Part shown: in pieces, positions 56,974 to 64,000 of the stretch
How positions within the stretch are numbered: the stretch's first letter is position 1
Layout of the letters: every line of letters begins with the position of its first letter
NCBI GenBank assembly: GCA_035289925.1
Contig: DATDVR010000005.1
Coordinates: forward strand, 112,916-176,915
From: Candidatus Nanoarchaeia archaeon
Lineage (GTDB): Archaea > Nanobdellota > Nanobdellia > SCGC-AAA011-G17 > DATDVL01
Direction of reading: 5' to 3'
DNA length: 64,000 nt
Notes under the pieces: generated by a model
The model's database searches: none
What the model was told of the DNA's origin: nothing
Seen by the model: the letters and a program-made list of their open reading frames with translations, nothing else
Made by a program: the position numbers and the translations under genes

Positions 56974-57591
56974 TTACTTAGGCAAAGGCAAGTCTTCCTT
57001 GTTCCTGTTTACGTTCCTTCTCAATCTTCTGAACTTGTTTGCAGTCTTTGAAGGACGCATATGCTCAAAACCTTTTCCTTTTCCAGCCAAACCACGAGTC
57101 TGCCTTGCTGCTCTTGTCAATCCTCTATAAGATCTTCTGAAGTTTGCTTTGTCTGCAAGCCATTCATAACCTGCATACTTTGAAACCAATTCTCTGTCTG
57201 CTAAAATGACTTCATACCAGTAATATTTACCGTCTTGTGCAACATAATATGAATTTAGAACTTCGCAATTGTAATAATGCTTGTTTGCTCTCTGCTCTGC
57301 TATTGACTGATAATTCTTATGGACAATCAACATACGCCTCATCTGCCTTGGCTTTCTACCTGAGCTGAATTTCTGCCTTTGTCTTCCACCTCTTAATAAT
57401 TTAACACGAACAACAAAAAGTCCTTTTTTTGCCTTGTAGCCTAATGCCCTTGCCCTGTCTAATCTTGTAGGGTGTTCTAATTTAGTAAGTGCACCTTCTC
57501 TTCTCCAGACCTGCATCCTTTCTTTCCAAACGTCTTCTACCTGCTCAGAAGGCTTTAGCCATTGGTTTTTTAAAGCTTGATAGAGTCCCAT
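56974..57591 (-). CDS. rpl15e: 50S ribosomal protein L15e
   Basis: PTRLDRARALGYKAK.G, VLNSYYV.QDG.Y.WYEVIL.D, RGLT. Confidence 0.97.
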   Translation of the reverse strand: MGLYQALKNQWLKPSEQVEDVWKERMQVWRREGALTKLEHPTRLDRARALGYKAKKGLFVVRVKLLRGGRQRQKFSSGRKPRQMRRMLIVHKNYQSIAEQRANKHYYNCEVLNSYYVAQDGKYYWYEVILADRELVSKYAGYEWLADKANFRRSYRGLTRAARQTRGLAGKGKGFEHMRPSKTANKFRRLRRNVNRNKEDLPLPK

Positions 57592-57644
57592 TTTAATCCT
57601 AAATTTGACTGCGAAATAGTGTTTTTAAAGGTTTTGATTTAGTG

Positions 57645-57776
57645 GGTGTTGTTGAAAATGTCTAGAAAAGCTACATCTCTTTACAATAGAAGGTTCGTAT
57701 AAATAGTCGCTCACTAGTAAATTGAAGAATATTATAGCTTGAATGTTACAACTAAACTGAGATTTTCAACAGAGCC
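57645..57776. mobile_element. 132-bp MITE-like element (IS5/IS903-like ends) with 9-bp target site duplication
   Basis: Direct repeat GATTTAGTG at 57636-57644 and 57777-57785; terminal inverted repeats GGTGTTGTTGAAAATGT and (reverse complement) GGCTCTGTTGAAAATCT. Confidence 0.85.
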
Positions 57777-57861
57777 GATTTAGTGAAATTGTCTACTGCA
57801 GTATATAAATGCTTTTAAATAGTAACTATTTGAAAATGGTATCAATAGGGGGTTTTACAAT

Positions 57862-58056
57862 ATGAAACATGTTTTTGAAATTTTAATAGGATTATTGCTT
57901 ATAACTATAGTCGCTTATGTTGGAATTTCTATACCAAGGATATTATTGGCGGCAATAAGGTTTGCAGAAGGAGCATTAATGTGGGGATTTTTGCTCGTAG
58001 GAATAGGATTATTATTGCTAGGTTTAAGTGACTTAAAAGAAGCATTGGCAAAGTAA
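57862..58056 (+). CDS. Small two-helix membrane protein
   Basis: Hydrophobic 64-aa ORF with GGGGG Shine-Dalgarno-like sequence. Confidence 0.7.
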   Translation: MKHVFEILIGLLLITIVAYVGISIPRILLAAIRFAEGALMWGFLLVGIGLLLLGLSDLKEALAK

Positions 58057-58057
58057 A

Positions 58058-58351
58058 ATGATAGGCGTACTAGAAGACATGAATCTGGATTTGTTTTTAA
58101 CAGATGATGAAATAATTCTGCTTGGTAGAAGAAGACTTGAATGGGATATTGTACAAATAGTAAATGGAAAAAGATGTCCCAGAGAAATTGGAATTGAATT
58201 AAAAGAATTTGCCAATAAAGATGTTTATACAACTCAGGATAGATTATTAGTATTCTGCGTTCCAACTACTAATTATAATCAACTAAATGAGGATAGAAAA
58301 ACCGTTGTAGAATATAAAGATGGGAATAAATTAAATTTAAATAGGAGATAA
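58058..58351 (+). CDS. Hypothetical protein
   Basis: 97-aa ORF, 1 nt from both neighbours. Confidence 0.6.
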   Translation: MIGVLEDMNLDLFLTDDEIILLGRRRLEWDIVQIVNGKRCPREIGIELKEFANKDVYTTQDRLLVFCVPTTNYNQLNEDRKTVVEYKDGNKLNLNRR

Positions 58352-58352
58352 A

Positions 58353-58787
58353 ATGGAAAGCACATTGGTGATGATAAAGCCAGACCATTATGAATTTGCA
58401 GATGAGATTATTTTGCAATTAGATTTTAATGCAATAAGAAGCAAGATTGGAAGAGTTGATAGCATTCCAAGAGAAGTAATACAAGAACATTATTTGCCCC
58501 ATAAAGGAAAATCTTTCTATGATTATATGACAGAGTACTTTGTTGGCAAACCTACAGTTGTTGCTGTCTATATTGGAAACGATATTGTGGATAGAATGAG
58601 AAGAATGATAGGTGTTACAGACCCTTCAAAAGCTGGAGAAGAGACAATAAGAGGAAAATACAGCAATGACTCTTTGGAATTGGCAACTTTTGAAAGAAGG
58701 CCAGTAAAAAATGTCATACACGCCTCAGAATCTTTGGAAGAAGCCCTAAGAGAAATAAAAGTCTGGGAAAAATTCTTGAATCAGTAA
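58353..58787 (+). CDS. ndk: Nucleoside diphosphate kinase
   Basis: TLVMIKPD, HY..H.GK.FY, R.MIG.TDP, TIRG, NVIHASES. Confidence 0.93.
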   Translation: MESTLVMIKPDHYEFADEIILQLDFNAIRSKIGRVDSIPREVIQEHYLPHKGKSFYDYMTEYFVGKPTVVAVYIGNDIVDRMRRMIGVTDPSKAGEETIRGKYSNDSLELATFERRPVKNVIHASESLEEALREIKVWEKFLNQ

Positions 58788-58818
58788 ATTTATAAGCAAT
58801 TAAAATAAAACTTCTAAC

Positions 58819-59382
58819 ATGCTAATAAGCCCGACAGAAATTGCACACATGATTATTGTAACTTTAGCCCTAGGCTTTATTTTTATGAGCTATTTGAAAA
58901 AGCCAAGAACAGAACTTGATGTTTTAGGATACACAAGATATGGCTTTGACTGGAACGACTTCAAATTAGCAGCCTTGATAACAGCCCCTGGAATAATTTT
59001 ACATGAACTGGCGCATAAATTCGTTGCAATGGGTTTTGGTTTAATAGCTACGTTCAAAGTATGGTGGTTTGGATTATTTTTAGGGGTATTTTTAAAAATT
59101 ATTAACAGCCCTTTCATTTTATTTGCTCCAGGATTTGTAGAGACTTCATCAAGGACAGCATTGCAAAGCTTCTTGATATCTTTTGCAGGACCTTTCATGA
59201 ATCTATTATTGTTTGGGATTGCTTGGTACTGCCTAGAATATGTAAAATTGAGCAAAAAGTGGGCCATAACACTGTATTTGACAAAGCAGATTAACTTATT
59301 TTTGTTTATATTCAATATGCTTCCAATACCGCCTTTAGATGGATACAAAGTATTTTCAAACTTGTTCAGCCTTATCTTCTAG
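58819..59382 (+). CDS. Site-2 protease (M50) family membrane metallopeptidase
   Basis: HELAH, AGP, FNMLPIPPLDG. Confidence 0.92.
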   Translation: MLISPTEIAHMIIVTLALGFIFMSYLKKPRTELDVLGYTRYGFDWNDFKLAALITAPGIILHELAHKFVAMGFGLIATFKVWWFGLFLGVFLKIINSPFILFAPGFVETSSRTALQSFLISFAGPFMNLLLFGIAWYCLEYVKLSKKWAITLYLTKQINLFLFIFNMLPIPPLDGYKVFSNLFSLIF

Positions 59383-60076
59383 ACTTTTTCTTCTTTTTAA
59401 AGAACCTTTTGAAGAAACCTTTTTGCTTTGGTTTTGACTTTGCTTTGACTTTTTGCTTTTTCTTTGGTTTATATTTCTTAGCAACCTTCCTAACCTTGAC
59501 TTTCTTTTCTTTTTTCTTTGGTTTAGCCTTTTTCTTTGGCATTTCTTCTTCAACGTCCATATCCACGAATTGATACTGCTGAACTTCCTGATCTAATTTA
59601 AGAATTTCACTCTGAAGCTGGGCCATTTTGGCCTGATTGTCTTCCTGCTTCAAGACTTCTCCGCACTCAGGACACTTAAATTGAAGCTCCATAGCATTCT
59701 CGAAAGCGGCACGCATGTCCTTATTTGGGCAAACAAAGTAGGCAGAGTCTTTTTCCTTGTCTACTCTTGACCTTAATGATACTAGTTTCTCTGACTTGTG
59801 CTTCAATAAAAGAATTCTAGCTTTTGCATGGTCAAATGTCCAAAAGTAAATGTACCAGCCTTTTGATTTGTCTTTTTTTCTTGTGAAAGTGACTAGATTG
59901 TAGTCCTGCAACCTGTAAAGAATATTTCTTACCTGGTTTACAGTTATCTTTAGCTTGTCTGCTATCTTGAATTCTGAAACATTGTCTTTCTTAAGAATTA
60001 TTTCGACTAATGGGGCAGCATCAGGACCTACTACCTCTCTAATTAGATCTTTAACAACTTGGTCAGGAAGCTTCAT
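59372..60076 (-). CDS. tfe: Transcription factor E alpha with Lys-rich C-terminal tail
   Basis: Winged helix (VRNILYRL...GWYIYFW), FENAMELQFKCPECG zinc ribbon. Confidence 0.9.
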   Translation of the reverse strand: MKLPDQVVKDLIREVVGPDAAPLVEIILKKDNVSEFKIADKLKITVNQVRNILYRLQDYNLVTFTRKKDKSKGWYIYFWTFDHAKARILLLKHKSEKLVSLRSRVDKEKDSAYFVCPNKDMRAAFENAMELQFKCPECGEVLKQEDNQAKMAQLQSEILKLDQEVQQYQFVDMDVEEEMPKKKAKPKKKEKKVKVRKVAKKYKPKKKQKVKAKSKPKQKGFFKRFFKKKKKSRR

Positions 60077-60123
60077 TTTTCAAGAATATGAAGTAGAGTA
60101 TTTTTAAACCTTTCTATGGAAAA

Positions 60124-60167
60124 GGCTTTGTGTATAAAGTGCTGAAATAGGGTGACTTTTTACACAG
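60124..60167. repeat. Inverted repeat, candidate transposon end
   Basis: GGCTTTGTGTATAAAGT (60124-60140); TGTGTATAAAGT recurs inverted as ACTTTTTACACA (11/12 match). Confidence 0.5.
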
Positions 60168-60172
60168 ACTAA

Positions 60173-60532
60173 TCAATAACAGATTACTAATGCTGGATTT
60201 TGACTACATAAAGATATTTTAATTAAGTCATAAGCTATTTGATATTTCTTCAATCCCAAGAAGTCTATAGCTGATTGTTCTAAAAGATATGAAGCTATTT
60301 GTTTTTGTAAACTATTCCTTTCAGCCAAAAGGGTAGTTCTTTCAGCTTCTAATTTTAAATAACCAGTTCTTAAATCCATGTAGGATTGATTTAGCTTTGT
60401 ATATTCAACTTTTATATTTTGTAACTCATTTATTGTAGGTTGAAATTTACTAAGTCCATAATTGTATCCAATCAATCCCCCTACTATAATCATCACAACC
60501 GTAAATACAAAAGATTCATTCATTAAAATCAC
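60173..60532 (-). CDS. Membrane-anchored coiled-coil protein
   Basis: N-terminal transmembrane helix followed by heptad repeats. Confidence 0.65.
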   Translation of the reverse strand: MILMNESFVFTVVMIIVGGLIGYNYGLSKFQPTINELQNIKVEYTKLNQSYMDLRTGYLKLEAERTTLLAERNSLQKQIASYLLEQSAIDFLGLKKYQIAYDLIKISLCSQNPALVICY

Positions 60533-60543
60533 CTCTTATTATT

Positions 60544-60924
60544 TTATAACTTCACTTCTCTGAACTCTGGCAGATTAGGAACTTCCTTAGAACTTGGCTG
60601 TGGGAAGTTAATCAATAAAGCGTCTTTTATTCCTAAGACTTCAATATATTTTCTCACTTGAGTCTCTTCCTTCAAGCTTAAAGTAGAGGATATTGCTTTA
60701 AGTTCAATTAATATTTTTCCTTTAGAATCATTCACTATTATGTCTGGTCTTCCTATCCCTACATTATATTTTTTGTAAAAGACAGGAACTATTTTTTGAG
60801 ATTCATAGGCTATTTTTTCAAGCCTTAAAGCAACCTCAAAAGCTTTCTGATATATTGCTTCTTCATGTCCACTTCCTAATTCATTAAAAATATCTTTTGC
60901 TATTTCTTTTAGTTTTGGTATCAT
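60544..60924 (-). CDS. GxxExxY family PD-(D/E)xK nuclease-like protein
   Basis: LGSGHEEAIYQKA, RPDIIV, IELKA, LLINF. Confidence 0.92.
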   Translation of the reverse strand: MIPKLKEIAKDIFNELGSGHEEAIYQKAFEVALRLEKIAYESQKIVPVFYKKYNVGIGRPDIIVNDSKGKILIELKAISSTLSLKEETQVRKYIEVLGIKDALLINFPQPSSKEVPNLPEFREVKL

Positions 60925-60952
60925 TTTGTTTGCTCCCTTGAGTTTTTTAAAT

Positions 60953-63280
60953 TTAATCCGTTATGCTCTTGACAAATTGTTCTGCATCTCTTGTAAGCTT
61001 ATTTATCTGTAAACTAAGTTTTACTTTTTTTATCTCAATCTTATTACATTCATTAATTATCCTCAATCTTGTTTTAGGGTCTGGGAATGGGATTTCAACA
61101 TCTCCTATAGTATCCGAGTTCAAGGTATAACCTTTCGTAGCTCTCTGTGCAAAAGGCACATAGTCGATAGTTGGCAAAATGTAATAAAGATATTTTAACA
61201 AAGCCTTGTCTTTTTTATTCAAAGGAACAAGATGGGATATTGCTTCGTTAGTATAAAGTTCTGTTCCAGCAAATGCAACTTTTCCAATAGTTAGCTTAAA
61301 ACTGAATAATAGACTTCCAGCTTGGAACTTTTTAACAGAAGAGTTTTCTATTCCTTCTTCAGTAATTTTTTCATCAGTATTCAAAATAAGCTTTCGATTC
61401 ATATCACTTATTTTTACCCAAAGATTATCGCCATCCCAATATGCTGGATTATTTCTTGCAGGAGTTCCACCGATACTAGGATATTCACATATTTGGCTTA
61501 GTAATTTAACTGGAACTTTATGTATTGCTTTCTTTTTATAACTGTTCATGGTCAATTTGTAATTATTATTCTTGATTTCATCAAAAGTCACGCTGAATGA
61601 ATTTTTGGAGTCCATTCTATCATTGCATAATTCTCTCAATAGAGGCAAATCGTTATCCTTTATAGAAGGTCTTCCTTTTCTACTCTGAGTTTTTTTAAAT
61701 CCGTCATTTATAACATCAAAAAACCAGACCTTCTTAGTTTGACTTCCTTTTTCAAATATGAGTATACTTGTTGGTTGTCCAGTATATGGCTTGAAGACGA
61801 AGGGGTCTAATTGGATAATTGCTTTTACATTACAAGTAGTTAAAAGAATTTTTCTTAAATCAACATATTCCTTGCTTTTGTCAAATAATAATCCATCGGG
61901 CACAACAACTCCCGCTCTACCCCCTGCAATCCCATCTTTTGGATTTTTAAGAGCATCAATAACATGTTTAAGAAATACAGGATTTGCATTTTTATTTTTA
62001 AAACCATACAGATGAGAATATTTTGTGCTTTGAGAAAATGGAAAATTTGTCATTACAACATCAAATTTATCTTTGATTGGATGTTCAAGTGAATCTACTT
62101 GATTGATATTTGTATGTCCATCTCCTATTATTATCATATTCATTTTAGCTATTTTTGCAGTGCCAGTTATTTCCCTACCCCATACAGTATCTTCTTCTAA
62201 AGTCTGCATATTTTCTTTAGTTTGCTTACATTTCTTTTTTATATGCCTAAAAGCTTCAATAAGGAAGCCTCCAGTTCCACAGCAGGGGTCATATACCTTT
62301 TCTTTGAACAGGGGGTCAATAAGTGCAGTTATTAATTTAACAATGTGCCTTGGTGTAAAATATTCACCTAAATCATTCCCAACACTTACGGAGTCTTTTA
62401 GAAAATACTCAAAAGCATCTCCTTTAATATCGGAATCTGCATTGATTAACTGTAATTGGGATAATTTATCAACAATTTTCTTTATATTATTAGGGTTTTT
62501 AATTTTTAACTCTGATTGAAAAACATCCCCACTATGATTATATTTATTTACAAGTCTTGGTAAAATTGTATCATTAATGTAATCTAAAATACCTTGTCCA
62601 TCTTTATTTTTAAAAGCATCCCAACAATATCTTTTTTCTAATCTTCTTGGTTCTCCACTATTTTCTCTATCATCTTCAATTTCACTAATTAATTTAAGGA
62701 AAAGTATATTGGAAAATTCAGTAAACCTTTCTATTCCTTCCCTCATGCCTTCTTCTCTTAGTAAGTTATTTGCTTCAGAAAATACTTTTATCAATTCTCT
62801 TTTTGTATAAGTTACCTTTTCTGGAGAAAATATTTCTGCCCCTTCCTTTTCAAATCTCAATAATGTTTTTTCATTAATTAAGTCTGTAATAAGGGAGCCA
62901 TCAATTTTAAGATTATACCCTGTTCTTATATCTCTCGCTTCAACGATGGCACCATCAACAGCAAATATTATTTTAATTCCTAAACAGATTGCATAATCTT
63001 TTGCCTGTTTTAATGCTTTTTCTAAACTTTGCCCTTGCCTTTTAGCTTCTATAATTGCTAATGGTTTAAATTCATCAGAAGTGTAAAGGACATAATCTGG
63101 AAATTTTCCTTTAGGAAATTTTTGTTTTATTTTTTTCCTCTCTTCTTCTGTTCTTGGTCTCTCTGTAAAAACATTACACTCTTTTCCAAATTCGTCAGTT
63201 TTCCAACCTAGGTTATTTAAAATTAAATCTATTTTCTTTCTGGTTGCACTCTCTAAAGGAGAAGTAAACTCTTTTTGCAT
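60953..63280 (-). CDS. Fused restriction-modification enzyme (HsdR-N-like nuclease + N6-adenine methyltransferase + one target recognition domain), Type IIG-like
   Basis: PDYVL..IIEAK nuclease; GEYFTPR, YDPCCGTGGFL, motif IV variant NFPF; C-terminal HsdS-like GGTP.R...YW.G...WVKISD; start revised to MQKEF. Confidence 0.88.
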   Translation of the reverse strand: MQKEFTSPLESATRKKIDLILNNLGWKTDEFGKECNVFTERPRTEEERKKIKQKFPKGKFPDYVLYTSDEFKPLAIIEAKRQGQSLEKALKQAKDYAICLGIKIIFAVDGAIVEARDIRTGYNLKIDGSLITDLINEKTLLRFEKEGAEIFSPEKVTYTKRELIKVFSEANNLLREEGMREGIERFTEFSNILFLKLISEIEDDRENSGEPRRLEKRYCWDAFKNKDGQGILDYINDTILPRLVNKYNHSGDVFQSELKIKNPNNIKKIVDKLSQLQLINADSDIKGDAFEYFLKDSVSVGNDLGEYFTPRHIVKLITALIDPLFKEKVYDPCCGTGGFLIEAFRHIKKKCKQTKENMQTLEEDTVWGREITGTAKIAKMNMIIIGDGHTNINQVDSLEHPIKDKFDVVMTNFPFSQSTKYSHLYGFKNKNANPVFLKHVIDALKNPKDGIAGGRAGVVVPDGLLFDKSKEYVDLRKILLTTCNVKAIIQLDPFVFKPYTGQPTSILIFEKGSQTKKVWFFDVINDGFKKTQSRKGRPSIKDNDLPLLRELCNDRMDSKNSFSVTFDEIKNNNYKLTMNSYKKKAIHKVPVKLLSQICEYPSIGGTPARNNPAYWDGDNLWVKISDMNRKLILNTDEKITEEGIENSSVKKFQAGSLLFSFKLTIGKVAFAGTELYTNEAISHLVPLNKKDKALLKYLYYILPTIDYVPFAQRATKGYTLNSDTIGDVEIPFPDPKTRLRIINECNKIEIKKVKLSLQINKLTRDAEQFVKSITD

Positions 63281-63351
63281 AGAAATACCATGATTTATAC
63301 CTTTAAGAATTTTTCGTTCTTTTTTTACCACCAATGAATGAAAGGTTCTTT

Positions 63352-64000
63352 TCATTCTTTAACCTCTTTTTTGGCAGTAAATTCTCCTTTTATTCCTAGC
63401 TCATGGATTTCTTGTATAACCACACAAATATTGTGGCAAAGAACTTTAGCCAAAACTTCATTAATTTGGGCTGTTTCATCCTTGCTTCTTATTCCATCAC
63501 CGAACTTTGATTTAATCATATGAAAGCAAGTCTCTACATTAGAACGCTTGTGGTAATGTTGCATGAACTCTTCTTGTTTATAAATAAAATAATGAAACAT
63601 CTTTTTCCACATAAAAGAACCAGAGGCGTGTGTTTTAATTGTGACTGATTTTCTAAATGGAATAAAAGGAACTGCACCAACATCTTCAATTAAATTCATG
63701 TTGTTTCTAGAACTGTAAGCCTTGTCAGCACTTACTTCTTTTATGTTAAAATTCTTAGCTGTAGTATTAAGAAGTTCTGGCAAATATTTTGTGTCATGGC
63801 TGTAATCACTTCCTATCATTACATCAGTTATAATATTTGTCTTCACTCCACAAAATATGTGTGCTTTAATCCATTTACGCTTTACAGTATCTTTTTGATA
63901 TCTCGTGCTAAACCATCTTGCAAATCTTGAAGTAGAAAATCCAGAGCCATCAATAGCAAAGTCAGTTTCAACTGATTTCAAAGCCAGACTGCTTAGTTGA
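63352..64000 (-). mobile_element. IS5/IS4-superfamily DDE transposase, 5' end outside the window
   Basis: AIDGSGF, W.K.H, ADKAY, YHKRSNVET.F..IK.KFG, K..CHN. Confidence 0.9.

Noticed and set aside
59356..59553. Lys/Arg-rich 65-aa ORF
   Set aside because: Alternative frame of the low-complexity tail of tfe.
63281..63355. N-terminal extension of the R-M gene overlapping the transposase stop (possible coupling or fusion)
   Set aside because: A TATA-like sequence lies within it just upstream of the MQKEF start, so the shorter start is more plausible.
1..64000. Second VR or remote DGR target, CRISPR array, rRNA, integrase
   Set aside because: I saw no further TR-like copy, regularly spaced repeats, rRNA-like segment or recombinase by eye. 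A computational search could still find weak matches, and remote targets may lie outside the window.

Overview
AT-rich archaeal chromosomal segment, most consistent with a DPANN (Woesearchaeota/Pacearchaeota-like) genome. The assignment is an inference from archaeal markers (TFE, rpl15e, GatDE, deoxyhypusine synthase, ABCE1, FtsZ2-type, intron-bearing tRNAs, TATA promoters) and bacterial-type acquisitions (AspRS, NrdR, long dCTP deaminase). The main feature is a compact diversity-generating retroelement (DGR) on the minus strand at about 29.7-32.0 kb. Its target gene has an internal variable repeat (31278-31358) that differs from an 81-bp template repeat (30852-30932) at 14 positions, all of them template adenines. 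Its reverse transcriptase is split by a G10 tract that would be in frame as G9 or G12, a candidate phase-variation switch. No avd gene is visible. In its place is a ~170-nt non-coding leader with several stems, whose 5' end can pair with the spacer just 3' of the template. The window also holds: a type IV pilus locus whose ATPase carries a 518-aa intein; four tRNAs (three with introns, one in the D-loop); nrdR-nrdJ-cobO behind tandem NrdR boxes; a gatD-gatE-aspS-gatCAB-ybaK cluster interrupted by a toxin-antitoxin pair and a chimeric aaRS/asparaginase pseudogene; a 132-bp MITE with a 9-bp target duplication; and, at the right edge, an IS5-like transposase followed by probable restriction-modification cargo. 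All calls come from reading motifs by eye; no database searches or folding programs were run.
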